Below are positions 39,176-50,100 of a stretch of 64,000 nucleotides of DNA, piece after piece. The notes under the pieces were generated by a model. It was given only the letters and a program-made list of their open reading frames with translations, had not been told where the DNA came from and did no database searches. The position numbers and the translations under genes are program-made. Each line of letters opens with the position of its first letter. Within the stretch, counting starts at the first letter, position 1. The stretch lies in the NCBI GenBank assembly GCA_021851895.1, contig JAJZQJ010000004.1, forward strand, positions 9,127 through 73,126. Direction: 5' to 3'. Source of the DNA: a bacterium. GTDB taxonomy: Bacteria; Patescibacteriota; Minisyncoccia; Phycocordibacterales; UBA6899.

Positions 39176-41437
39176 ATGCAAACATCGACATATAAGATCA
39201 AGGGCATGCATTGCGCATCATGCGCAATAAGTATTGAGGATACCTTCAAGAAGACTGCAGGTGTTGTGTCTGCGAATGTGAACTACGGGACAGAGGCCGC
39301 AAAGGTCTCATTCGACGAAAGTACTATTTCGCCCGCAGATCTTTCAAAGAAGATCGAGCCATTAGGGTACTCGCTCGTCGTTGAGGAGGAGCAGACGATG
39401 GCGGGGATGGATCATGCAAAGATGGAGTCCGCAGATGAACTCAAAGTGATGGGACAGAAGGTCTTCTCGATGATCCCATTTGCGGTCATGAGTATCTTCA
39501 TCATGACTTGGGATATTCTCGGGAGCTTGCGGTATGTCCCGAAGATGTCAAATACTGAAGCTACCTTTTTCCATCACCTCTTGCCAGTGATGGCAACAGC
39601 AACACTCGCCGTGCTCGGACGACCTTATCTCTTGGGTATCTATCGTTTCATTCGTTATGGAAAGGCGAATATGGATACACTTGTCGGTATTGGTACTTCG
39701 GCCGCATTCCTCTATAGTTTTGCGCTCGGAGCTTTCGAAAATGTGCTTCGTCCATATCTCAACGTCGATCAAGGGTATTACGATGTGACCGTGGTCGTTC
39801 TCGTATTCATCGCGCTTGGTAAATATCTCGAGTTGCGCTCGAAACGCAAGACGGGAGATGCAATCGAGAAGCTGCTCAATCTGCAGGCAAAGAAAGCGCT
39901 CGTGCGTCGACAGGATGGCGAGATCGAAATCCCCATGGAAGAGGTCGTGCACGGCGACATCGTCATCGTGAAGCCCGCAGAAAAGATTCCTGTCGATGGT
40001 ACGATCATCGAGGGATCGACCTATGTCGATGAATCGATGATCTCAGGGGAACCGATGCCTGTAAAGAAGAATGTGGGCGATAGTGTCGTTTCGGGAACGA
40101 TCAATACGACGGGGGCATTTAGCTTTAAGGCGACAAAGGTCGGTAGTGAGACCATGCTCGCACGCATTATTGCGATGGTGGAAGATGCACAGGGAAGTAA
40201 GGCGCCGATCCAAGCGCTCGCAGATAAGATCTCTGCGGTATTCGTTCCTGTCGTTCTTGTGCTTGCCGTGCTTGCATTTGGATCTTGGCTGCTTGTCGCA
40301 CCGCAATATATCGGTTTTGCGAAGGCGCTCTCTGCCGGCCTCGTTTCATTCGTTGGTATCCTCGTGATCGCTTGTCCTTGTGCGCTCGGACTTGCAACGC
40401 CGACTGCGATCATCGTCGGTGTGGGCAAAGGTGCCCGTGAAGGAATACTTGTGAAGGATGCTGCAACACTTGAGACACTGCACAAGGCGAATGTCGTCGT
40501 ATTAGATAAGACGGGAACGATCACCAAGGGAAAGCCTGAGCTTGCCTCAGTCATGAACTTCTCTGGCCAGGACGATGAAGAGGTGCTCAGTGTGCTTGCG
40601 TCCCTCGAAAAGAAGTCTGAACATCCGATCGCACACGCTATTGTGACGCATGCAGCGGAGCGCAAGATCGCACTCAAGGAAGTCAAAGATTTCCAAGCGA
40701 TCAAAGGCAAGGGAATAGAGGGAACCATCGAAGATGTTGTCTATTATGCAGGAAATACAAAGCTCATCGCAGATCTTCGTCTTGCTTTCGATACCGCGAC
40801 GTTGGCTGAGGAAACGAAGAGAGGGAAGACACCGATCATCCTCGCAACAAAAGAAAAGGTCGTAGGAGTGGTTATGGTCGCTGATGCAGTGAAGCCGGAG
40901 GCTATTGTGGCGATCGCACACCTCCATAAGCTGGGTATCAAAACGGTGCTGCTTACGGGTGATGATAGCAATACTGCACTCGCCATCGCAAAAGAAGTCG
41001 GCATTGATGATGTGGTCGCAGAGGTGCTCCCTGAGGATAAACTCAATAAGGTAAAGGAATTACAGGCAAAGGGGCTTGTCGTTGCAATGGCTGGAGATGG
41101 CGTCAACGACGCACCCGCACTCGCACAGGCAAATGTTGGCATCGCGATGGCAACAGGCACTGATGTGGCGATTGAATCTGCAGGGATCACATTGCTTCAC
41201 GGTGACATTGCAAAACTCGTGAAGGCTATCGAGCTCTCCCGTGTCACCATGCGTACGATAAAACAGAATCTCTTTTGGGCTTTTATCTACAACATCATCG
41301 GCATCCCGCTCGCAGGCGGCGCATTCTATCCACTCTTCGGTTGGTTGCTCTCACCGATCTTTGCTGGACTTGCAATGGCATTCTCGAGCGTCTCCGTTGT
41401 TTCGAATTCATTGCGTTTGAAGATGATAAAACTTTAA
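39176..41437 (+). CDS. copA: copper-translocating P1B-type ATPase
   Basis: N-terminal [11 protein letters not shown]; CPC in TM6; DKTGTIT; [10 protein letters not shown]; YN....P and M..SS motifs of Cu(I) subtype. Confidence 0.9.
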   Translation: MQTSTYKIKGMHCASCAISIEDTFKKTAGVVSANVNYGTEAAKVSFDESTISPADLSKKIEPLGYSLVVEEEQTMAGMDHAKMESADELKVMGQKVFSMIPFAVMSIFIMTWDILGSLRYVPKMSNTEATFFHHLLPVMATATLAVLGRPYLLGIYRFIRYGKANMDTLVGIGTSAAFLYSFALGAFENVLRPYLNVDQGYYDVTVVVLVFIALGKYLELRSKRKTGDAIEKLLNLQAKKALVRRQDGEIEIPMEEVVHGDIVIVKPAEKIPVDGTIIEGSTYVDESMISGEPMPVKKNVGDSVVSGTINTTGAFSFKATKVGSETMLARIIAMVEDAQGSKAPIQALADKISAVFVPVVLVLAVLAFGSWLLVAPQYIGFAKALSAGLVSFVGILVIACPCALGLATPTAIIVGVGKGAREGILVKDAATLETLHKANVVVLDKTGTITKGKPELASVMNFSGQDDEEVLSVLASLEKKSEHPIAHAIVTHAAERKIALKEVKDFQAIKGKGIEGTIEDVVYYAGNTKLIADLRLAFDTATLAEETKRGKTPIILATKEKVVGVVMVADAVKPEAIVAIAHLHKLGIKTVLLTGDDSNTALAIAKEVGIDDVVAEVLPEDKLNKVKELQAKGLVVAMAGDGVNDAPALAQANVGIAMATGTDVAIESAGITLLHGDIAKLVKAIELSRVTMRTIKQNLFWAFIYNIIGIPLAGGAFYPLFGWLLSPIFAGLAMAFSSVSVVSNSLRLKMIKL

Positions 41438-41440
41438 TTC

Positions 41441-42475
41441 ATGGAAAATAAAAACACATATACATTTCACGTTAGCGGAATGCATTGCAAATCTTGCGTG
41501 CTTGTGACGGAAAGCAAGATCGGCGAAGCTGAGGGCGTAAGCGATGTGAAGACTGACCTCGCGACACAAACAGTACACGTCGTCGGCGACTTCTCGGGAA
41601 AGACGAGGGAGGAGGTGCGGGGTCTACTCTCTGCGACCATCGAAAAGCATGGATATGCCCTCGATGATGGAGCAGTAGAAGCTGATGGCGGAAAACGTTG
41701 GTCAGAGTTCGCATACGCACTTCCAATAGCGATGCTCTTCGTTTTTCTCTTCATCTTCTTGCAGCGCGTGGGGCTCGTGAATCTCATCGGTACAGGTAAG
41801 CCGACCTATGGCACCGCATTCATCGTCGGCATTGTCGCCTCGCTTTCATCATGTATGGCGGTTGTCGGAGGCCTCGTCCTCTCGATGGCAGCAACCTTCG
41901 CAAGGACAGGTGATCGCGTGAAGCCGCAGGTACTCTTTCACGTTGGTAGACTCGTTTCATTCTTCATCCTCGGTGGAGTTATTGGCATGCTCGGTTCTGC
42001 CTTTCAATTGAACGGATTGGGAACATTCATATTGTCGCTTGTCATCGGTGTGACAATGTTCATACTTGGTGTGAATCTCCTTGACATATTCCATGTAGCC
42101 AAAAAATTTCAGCTTGCGATGCCGAAGTTCCTTGGCGCTCATGCGATGAATCTTACGAAGGTCAATCACGCACTTACACCATTTCTCGTCGGTGTGGCGA
42201 CATTCTTTCTTCCTTGTGGTTTCACGCAATCGATGCAGATATATTCGCTTGGCACGGGGAGTTTCACGGTGGGCGCACTTACCATGTTCACCTTCGCACT
42301 GGGTACGCTTCCTGTACTTGCGCTGCTCTCATTCAGTTCGTTCGGAATTGCCGATGGTAAATGGTCTGGAGTGTTCTTTAAGACTGCCGGACTCATCGTC
42401 ATTGTCTTCGCGATTTTCAATATTATTAATGGGGCGGCCGCATTTGGTCTTATCCGTCCTGTCTTCAGCTTTTAA
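41441..42475 (+). CDS. HMA (CopZ-like) domain fused to a polytopic membrane domain (DsbD_2/TauE-like permease)
   Basis: N-terminus HVSGMHCKSCV; about 7 predicted TM helices. Confidence 0.5.
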   Translation: MENKNTYTFHVSGMHCKSCVLVTESKIGEAEGVSDVKTDLATQTVHVVGDFSGKTREEVRGLLSATIEKHGYALDDGAVEADGGKRWSEFAYALPIAMLFVFLFIFLQRVGLVNLIGTGKPTYGTAFIVGIVASLSSCMAVVGGLVLSMAATFARTGDRVKPQVLFHVGRLVSFFILGGVIGMLGSAFQLNGLGTFILSLVIGVTMFILGVNLLDIFHVAKKFQLAMPKFLGAHAMNLTKVNHALTPFLVGVATFFLPCGFTQSMQIYSLGTGSFTVGALTMFTFALGTLPVLALLSFSSFGIADGKWSGVFFKTAGLIVIVFAIFNIINGAAAFGLIRPVFSF

Positions 42476-42478
42476 TCG

Positions 42479-42895
42479 ATGAAAGAGATTTTTATAAGTG
42501 TTGTTGTTGCAGTCAGCCTCATGCTGATCGGGATGTTCTTTGCGGGAAGATTGAGTATCGGTGGAGCAGCGCAGGGTGATGCGGATAGTGGCAATCAGGC
42601 AAGTGTTCAGAATGTGAGTATGGTTGATGGCAAGCAAATCATCGAGGTTACCGCGCGTGGTGGCTACTCTCCACGTTTCTCGGTCGCAAAGGCAGGTGTA
42701 CCAACGGTCATTCGCATGAAAACAGAAGGGACGTTCGATTGCTCGTCGATATTCACATTACCATCGCTCGGTATACGTGAGGCGCTTCCATCGTCTGGGG
42801 TAAAGGATATCGACATACCCGCACAAGTATCAGGCACGACGCTCACGGGCACCTGTGCGATGGGTATGTATAGCCTCCAGGTACAATTCCAGTAG
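42479..42895 (+). CDS. membrane-anchored cupredoxin-like domain protein
   Basis: TM anchor then IEVTARGGYSPRFSVAKAGVPTVIRMKTEG...TGTCAMGMYS resembling the Cupredoxin_1 fold with C/M ligands. Confidence 0.45.
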   Translation: MKEIFISVVVAVSLMLIGMFFAGRLSIGGAAQGDADSGNQASVQNVSMVDGKQIIEVTARGGYSPRFSVAKAGVPTVIRMKTEGTFDCSSIFTLPSLGIREALPSSGVKDIDIPAQVSGTTLTGTCAMGMYSLQVQFQ

Positions 42896-43073
42896 AGTCA
42901 AAGTCATGAGTCCTTGTTTCAAGTCATGAGTCATGAGTGTGAGTCATGAGATAAATATAGGAATTCACAAAGAATACACAAGCAAAAATGCTCGTGTATT
43001 TTTCGTATTTGTTTGTTCTCATGACTCATGACTTTAACTCATGACATGAAACAAGGGCTCATGACTTGGCATT
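42896..43073. repeat. inverted-repeat element built from tandem GTCATGA/AGTCATG heptamers, with an internal terminator-like hairpin
   Basis: arms gagtcaaagtcatgagtccttgtttcaagtcatgagtcatgagtgtgagtcatgag and ctcatgactcatgactttaactcatgacatgaaacaagggctcatgac; core atacacaagcaaaaatgctcgtgtattttt. Confidence 0.8.
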
Positions 43074-43090
43074 ACGCCTGTGTTATTATT

Positions 43091-46000
43091 ATGGGAGCTA
43101 TGTTACCTAATGAGGAAATGCATGAAGTCGTACCAGCAGCGCCGATAGTCGAATCGGAACTCGCACACGTTCGTGAGCAGGTTTCTTTGCGCGAGGCAGT
43201 CGCCCAGGCTAAAGGCGTCGAGATGCCGCGCAGTCAGATCGTATCTAAGGTGCTTGCAGAGTATGCAGATCAGAAGCCCGAAGATGTACTTCCAGAACAT
43301 GCGATCATCGGCAATCCGAAATTCGAGGAGATCGTGCGCTCTGTCGATGCGCTTCCGCATCGCGAGAAGATTCGTGAGCTCTATGCGATCATGCAGGAGC
43401 GTGGCATATTGAATGCGATAAAAATCGCAGAAGGGCTCGGCAATCCTCACGTTGAGGAAGATTTTCATCATGTGCTCGTCCATTATGTGCATACCGGATC
43501 ACTTATACCTGGTCTCGATAAGGAAAAGGAGCTGCGTAAGGAATTAGATCGCACGGTATTTCAGGTGGTTGTTCCATTGCAGAAAGAGCGCGGTGAGGTG
43601 GATCCCCAGCAGGTACTGCTCTCTATGCAGCGTTTTCTCTCGGGCATCTTTGGTCAAGGTGGAGGTGACGTGCAGTATGCATTCGAGATAGCGCTCCCGA
43701 ACTTCTCCTCAGACGTTTCATTTTTTGTCACTGTTCCTGATGAGCAGAAAGACCTTTTCTTGAAGCAATTCTTGGGTAATTTCCCTACTGCAAGGGCGAT
43801 GCCGATCGATGATGACTACAATATCTTTAATGAGTTTGGTGTCTCAGCGGTCGCCGTCGGTAGGCATGAAAAGCGTTTCGCCTATGCACTTTCGGTTCCT
43901 GAGGGGGCGATGGAGTCCCTCTCACCTATCCTTGCTGCTTTTTCAAACATCGCGCATCAGGGTGAAGCTGCCGCGATTCAGTACATCGTTCGTAAAGACG
44001 ATCGGGATCTCTTGAAGAAGACCCGTTCCGCTATAGGAAAGATAAACGGTGGCATGAAGATCGGTGAGGCGACAGATATTCCGCTCACTCTTGGTGGCGA
44101 TACGATGAAATTCATCGGCAATCTTTTCTCTTCTGAAAAAGAGAAGTCGAAAGAGATCTCTCCTGAGGAGCAAGAACGACGTAATAGGGAGATCAAGGTC
44201 ATTGAAAATAAGACCGTTGCACCTTTTGTGCGTGTCGATCTGCGCATCATTGTGTCCTCTCCTGACCGCGATCGAACGATGCAAATTCTCAATGCACTCA
44301 TCGCGGCTTTTGGACAATTTGCGAACCGCGAATCGTCTGGTGGGCTACGCTTCGATGTGATCACGCGGGGAAGTGCGTTCGATGAGCAGCTCCACGCATT
44401 CACCTATCGCCTGGGAACGAATGATGCTCTTGTGTTGAATCACAATGAATTTTCTGGACTCTTTCATCCACCGCTTGCGATCACTGCAGCAGAAGCACCG
44501 AACCTCGCATCGATAAAATCTGCTACGGCTCCGCCCCCAGCACAACTTTCAGAGGAGGGGACTTTGCTCGGTGAAAGCGTCTATCGCGGTGTGCGAAAGC
44601 CTGTTCGCATGCTTCCACAGGATCGTCTCCGTCATCTCTATGTTATCGGTCAAACCGGTACAGGTAAGACCACGATCATGAAGAACATGATCATCGAGGA
44701 CATTAAGGCAGGTAATGGTGCGTGCTTCATTGATCCGCATGGTTCTGATGTGCAGGATATTCTCGCAAACATTCCCAGAGACCGTATTGATGATGTCATC
44801 TATTTTGATCCCTCATATACTGCGCGTCCGTTTGGGCTCAACATGCTCGAGTATGATGAATCTCGCCCCGAGCAGAAGATCTTTGTCGTGAATGAGCTGC
44901 TCGCGATCTTCAAGAAACTCTATTCGTCCTCACCAGAGTCGATGGGTCCCGCATTCGAGCAATATTTCCGTAACGCAACGATGCTCGTTATGGAGGATCC
45001 CGAAACAGGGAACACGATGCTCGAGATCACGCGCGTGCTTGCCGATGCGAAGTTCAGAGATTTGAAGCTCAGTAGGTGTAAGAACCCGATCGTCACACAG
45101 TTTTGGAGAGACATCGCAACAAAATCGACCGGTGAAGCATCGCTTGCGAACATGGTCCCGTACATCACGAATAAATTCGATGTATTCATTTCGAATGACG
45201 TGATGCGTCCGATCATCGCCCAGCAACGTTCCTCGTTCAACTTCCGGGATATCATGGATAACAAGAAGATCCTTCTTGTGAATCTCGCAAAAGGAAAGCT
45301 TGGTGAGATGAATGCGAATCTCCTCGGTATGATCATCGTTGGTAAGCTCTTCCTTGCTGCAATGAGTCGCGTGGATTCTTATGGTATGAAGTTGCCAGAC
45401 TTCTACCTCTATATCGATGAATTCCAAAACATCTCTACGCCATCGATCGCAGGAATCCTCTCTGAAGCAAGAAAGTATGGTCTTTCACTCAATATCGCAC
45501 ACCAGTTCATTGCGCAGATCGACCCTGAAATACGTGACGCGGTATTCGGTAATGTTGGTTCAATGGCAGTATTCCGTATCAGCGCAGACGATGCGCAGTA
45601 TCTCGAGTCGCACTTCTCTCCGACTTTCACCGCGACCGATCTTATGAAGATCGAGAGTCATAATTGCTATCTGAAGCCACTTATCAACGGAGTACCTGTT
45701 GCTCCATTCAATATTGCTGTATATCCGCCAAATAAGGGCGTTCCTCAAATCGTTGAGCAGTTACAGCAGCTCTCATACATGAAATATGGAAGAGAGCGTG
45801 AAGTGGTTGATAGTGCAATCGTAAAGAAATATCAGCAAACTGCAGCAGCGGCTTCGAATCAGCCAAAACCATCTGCGCCGGCAGCACCAGCACCAAAGCC
45901 TGCGCCAGCGCCGATGGTCCAGCAGCCATTTGTTCCGTCGCCGCAGGCTCTCGCATACCCTCAGCAGCAACCATTTGCGCAGCCACAAATGCAGCCTTAC

Positions 46001-46252
46001 CCACCACAGGGTTATGCATATCCTGCTCCGCAGATGCCGCCACAATATGCGGTCCCTCCGCAACCTTTCGTTCCCCATGGAAATACGGCACCATATATGT
46101 ATCCGCCCGTATATCCGCCGCCAATGTATCCTCCGCACCCAATGCAGGCGGGGCCCTATGGATATCCTCCGCAGTATATTCCGCCGCAGCAATATCCGCA
46201 GCCACCAGTCATGCCGCCGGAAATACATGAACATACGGATGATCAAAGATAA
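43091..46252 (+). CDS. HerA/VirB4/VirD4-superfamily (FtsK-HerA clade) P-loop ATPase with ~520-aa N-terminal domain and Pro/Gln/Tyr-rich C-terminal tail (start 43091/43100/43118 uncertain)
   Basis: Walker A VIGQTGTGKTT followed by FIDPHGSD; Walker B LYIDEFQNI; ARKYGLSLNIAHQ; tail PSAPAAPAPKPAPAP...YPPQ repeats. Confidence 0.55.
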   Translation: MGAMLPNEEMHEVVPAAPIVESELAHVREQVSLREAVAQAKGVEMPRSQIVSKVLAEYADQKPEDVLPEHAIIGNPKFEEIVRSVDALPHREKIRELYAIMQERGILNAIKIAEGLGNPHVEEDFHHVLVHYVHTGSLIPGLDKEKELRKELDRTVFQVVVPLQKERGEVDPQQVLLSMQRFLSGIFGQGGGDVQYAFEIALPNFSSDVSFFVTVPDEQKDLFLKQFLGNFPTARAMPIDDDYNIFNEFGVSAVAVGRHEKRFAYALSVPEGAMESLSPILAAFSNIAHQGEAAAIQYIVRKDDRDLLKKTRSAIGKINGGMKIGEATDIPLTLGGDTMKFIGNLFSSEKEKSKEISPEEQERRNREIKVIENKTVAPFVRVDLRIIVSSPDRDRTMQILNALIAAFGQFANRESSGGLRFDVITRGSAFDEQLHAFTYRLGTNDALVLNHNEFSGLFHPPLAITAAEAPNLASIKSATAPPPAQLSEEGTLLGESVYRGVRKPVRMLPQDRLRHLYVIGQTGTGKTTIMKNMIIEDIKAGNGACFIDPHGSDVQDILANIPRDRIDDVIYFDPSYTARPFGLNMLEYDESRPEQKIFVVNELLAIFKKLYSSSPESMGPAFEQYFRNATMLVMEDPETGNTMLEITRVLADAKFRDLKLSRCKNPIVTQFWRDIATKSTGEASLANMVPYITNKFDVFISNDVMRPIIAQQRSSFNFRDIMDNKKILLVNLAKGKLGEMNANLLGMIIVGKLFLAAMSRVDSYGMKLPDFYLYIDEFQNISTPSIAGILSEARKYGLSLNIAHQFIAQIDPEIRDAVFGNVGSMAVFRISADDAQYLESHFSPTFTATDLMKIESHNCYLKPLINGVPVAPFNIAVYPPNKGVPQIVEQLQQLSYMKYGREREVVDSAIVKKYQQTAAAASNQPKPSAPAAPAPKPAPAPMVQQPFVPSPQALAYPQQQPFAQPQMQPYPPQGYAYPAPQMPPQYAVPPQPFVPHGNTAPYMYPPVYPPPMYPPHPMQAGPYGYPPQYIPPQQYPQPPVMPPEIHEHTDDQR

Positions 46253-46280
46253 AAGACACCCTAATGGGTGTCTTTTATCG
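46252..46280. terminator. bidirectional terminator
   Basis: aaaagacaccctaatgggtgtctttt. Confidence 0.65.
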
Positions 46281-47015
46281 TAGTGCCGCTTTGAATCTAT
46301 CGATCACACTATCGAATAGTGCGAGTTCTTGTATCGTGCATATCGCGTGCTTTTCCTTTCGTGCGTCGCTCATGCGCATTGATATGTTTCCTGCAATGCC
46401 GAGCACGGTTGTTGCAGCACCGACGAGTGCGGCGATGGTGGTTATCCCTGCATTGGCCTCGCTCATGACGTCAGAGACGACCGCCCCGATGACGCAAAAG
46501 AGTGCAACAGAGAATCCGATCATAAACACGCGGTGTTGTGCATCTCTGTTGCGGAAATGGCGTGCATAGAGCTTCCGCTCAAGCTCATCGGTGGGGAGTC
46601 CGACGATATCATGAAGTGGAAGCTCTATATATTTCGCGAGCTCCACGCGTGCGCGTGTACGTGCGTCATCGAGTTTCGTGATAATACGATTGGCAGAGGC
46701 GGCATCAACCTCTATGGTCCGTGAGGTGATCTCTCCATCGCTGACTTCCTTTAGGCGCGTAATGCACTGTTCGTCCGAGTAGGGGATTCGCGCATAGGGA
46801 GTATTCATATTCTGCGCCATGCTTGGGATGCCAAAGCTCGTGAACTGCACAGTGACTTTTCTTGATTGGCGATCATTTATATCATGTTCATTCGGCTGCA
46901 TATGCCCGAAATATGCCTCAGCTCCTCGTGCGATACGCGAAGTCTCACCTTGGTTGTCTGGCTGCACTTCTCCTTCGTTTGTTTCCGCACCCTTCTCTGA
47001 AGATTCATTCATCAC
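46275..47015 (-). CDS. hypothetical membrane protein (C-terminal TM helices)
   Basis: ORF; hydrophobic segments FMIGFSVALFCVIGAVV and TTIAALVGAATTVLGIAG. Confidence 0.45.
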   Translation of the reverse strand: MMNESSEKGAETNEGEVQPDNQGETSRIARGAEAYFGHMQPNEHDINDRQSRKVTVQFTSFGIPSMAQNMNTPYARIPYSDEQCITRLKEVSDGEITSRTIEVDAASANRIITKLDDARTRARVELAKYIELPLHDIVGLPTDELERKLYARHFRNRDAQHRVFMIGFSVALFCVIGAVVSDVMSEANAGITTIAALVGAATTVLGIAGNISMRMSDARKEKHAICTIQELALFDSVIDRFKAALR

Positions 47016-47163
47016 TTTATTATACTACAGCATTTGTTATCAGCGGTGCTGTCCAAAATTTATTGCATGTATACTGCACGTCCATGCTGATTTTGTGTTA
47101 CAATGTATACATTATTGCCTTTCTTGGAGGAGGGCATGCTTTGTCAATAAATAATCTTTTACC

Positions 47164-50100
47164 ATGGGAAAACGCGAAGGACAATCGATAGGAGGATTCT
47201 CGGCGCTTGGCGCAGCATTCGAGGGGCAAGAGCTTCCGATAGCTCCTGAGCCGAGACCAGCAGAGGAGGATCCGATCCCGAACAGCGCAGACACTGCTGG
47301 CGACCCTATCATCTTCGAAAATCATAGATATATTTTTGATGGTTATGATGCTGATGGTATGGCACGCCTTGAGGATTATTACTCTGGTGATATGAATGTT
47401 CCTCCAACGATAAAGCTCGTGACGCGCGAGCAGCTCCTCGAAGGTTTTCGTTTGGCAAAAGAGGATGAAGCAGCGGAAGAACGTCGAGCAATAGAAGGAG
47501 GTGAGCGCGCAGAGCGCGAGGCGGCTGCACGCATGGCGCAGGATATCGAGCATGGTATCGCACCATCATTGGCAGTAGATAATGAAATCGCGCGCGACGA
47601 GGTTGCTGTACAAGCGGCGGTCGATGTGGCAGAAGCAGTTCCTGCTCTTGCATCAGATGAATCAATGACTACCCCTCCTGGCATGGAGCCCGTTCCACCA
47701 CAGCCTGAAGGCGAGCTTTCTGTGGATGATCAGCCCGAGAGGGCAAAGTGGCTCAACGTGGCGATTACACGCCTTATCGAGGTTGAAGGGCAGCTCAGGG
47801 CTCTAAAAAATAAAAATGGTCAAAAGCGTAAGGTTGGAGAATTATATCTGAAGCGCGACAAACTCGATGAAGAGATCCATGGAGTATTGAATGAAGTTGC
47901 ACCCGAGGTACTCAAAAGCATAAGGGTTGATGATTACGCACATATTGAAAATATGCGAGAGCTCTTCGGTAGTGAAAGAGATATTGTTGCACGCAAGGAG
48001 AAGGAGCAAGCATTGATCGCAGAGGGGAAGATCACTCAAGATGATCTCGATGCCTACAAAGCAGCACTTGCAAAGCGTAGCGAATTCATCAGCTCAATGA
48101 AAAAGATCGGTGTTCCTCATCACGTCGCAACGCGTCTCTTCCGAAATGAAGTAGACGAATTGCGCGCATTGGAGCAGGTCATTGCACGTGCCGATGTCCG
48201 AGACGCAAAGGTCTTGGATACACGGCAGGCGAAGCATCTTCTATCGCGTTTCGGTGTTAAGGATGAAAAAATTGAGTGGTATAAGGAAGTCATGCGTAAG
48301 AAGATCGAAGCAAATGAACCGCTGGCTCCAGACGAGTTTTCATCCTTTGTTTCGCGAGGCCAAGAGAGGCCGGTAGTGCCCGCTGCTCCAGATGTGCTTT
48401 CTGCAACTGAAGCATCAGCGCAACACTCAGACACCTCGGGGAATGAATCTGCTTTAGTTACTAATGCGAGCGAGGACATTGATCGTGAGATAGCAAGACT
48501 CGAATATAAATTGAAGAATACAGGATTCAGTTCTCTTACTGAAATGCGTGCTGCAAAAACTCGACTTGAAGAGTTGAAGCAAGACAAGGCAACGCTAGTG
48601 GGGAGAAATAAGCCTACTGCTTCAAAAAAGGATGATAGTGCATCTCCTGAGGTGAAGCGTGAGGATATTGCAGGAGTACTCGCCGAGGAACAAGAAGTTA
48701 AGGAGACCATTGCAAGAGATCGTCAACTCCAAGATGAAGCAGAACTTATCATCAAGCTCGAAGAGGAGATCGCGGGACTTACTGGTGGCAATAGAAAGGA
48801 ATATTTCGAGAATGTATTACGTGGTCTTACTGATGCGCACGAGGCGTTCTCTCGAGATAAGAAGGCGAGGTTATCGGACGGTCCACTTGCGCAATTGAAA
48901 AAATTGTCTGGAGAGATCGTTGCTCTACGAGAAGAGGGCGCTGCGCTTAGTGAGCGTAACCCGATTTCTCTACACGTACTCGAGGCGTTCAGTAAAGAAG
49001 GTGTCGAGTATGCCGACCTTGAAGCTATTCCAGGTTTCGTGGGGCTTAGTGAGGGGCAACAATTGTTGATGCTCAAGAACTATAGCACCGCGGTCGTCAA
49101 TAAAGTGAAGCGCGAGGCGAAGAGCGAGTCTGATGCAGCATGGAGTGAGCGAACATTCCTCGGCAAGCTTGGTCTCAGCATGCTGACGCTTGGTCTAGCA
49201 AAGAACATCAGTGAGCAGGCAAGACAGCGTGATATCGCACGAAAATTGAGCTCGGGAGAGAAGCTGGTCAAAGAGGAGCGTAGAGTCATGCTCGAAGCGT
49301 TTGCGAAGATCGCTATAGAGGGACCAGAAGTGGAACGAAGTGCAGACGGAGCCTTGCATACGCATTATCTTGCAACGGAGCGTTTCAAGGATGACAAGGA
49401 GGCACTCGAAGCAGTCAATGCGTATAATCGTGTAGCAGAAAAGTTCGCGAAATTGCCGAAGCAGTGGATCGATGCGGATCTTGCATTGCCACGTAATGAG
49501 CAACAGAGTTATTTCTCTAAATTGCTCGGCAAGAAGCACATGATGCTTTCTGGCAAAGAACACCTCGAGGTTGCAGAGACGAAGGAGGAATATCAAGAGT
49601 CGAGGAAACGCTTGCTCGCGGTCCTTGAGAAGCACAATGATAAGGAGCCGGGTGTAGAGGCGCGACGTAGCGCGATGCTCGAGATGAATGCGCTCGATGA
49701 ACGCGTCCAGCTCGATCAATTGTTCGCCTCGAATCCTGATGCCGAGGAGGCACTGCAGGACATAAGGGATACGAATGTGTTCACGCGTGCACTCAGTGAG
49801 TTCGGTAAACACCGCGGTCAATATATCGCATATGGTGCGGCGACGCGCTTTGTAGCGACAGCTGTCGTGGGTGCTATCGCAATACCGGGCACTATGGCTA
49901 TTGCCGGTGGTGCGGTCGCTGTCGGTGTCGCAGGCGCGGTCGGATATTTCCAGGCGCGCCGAGAGGCAAAGGAACTTTTGAAGACACGAAGAGCTTCGGG
50001 GCTCCTTAGTGATGAAGATCTTCGTGAGGATGTTGCATATACCGTCAACAACAGTGAGATCCTCGGACGTAAGGAAGAGGCGCACGCAGCAGCCCTAGAG

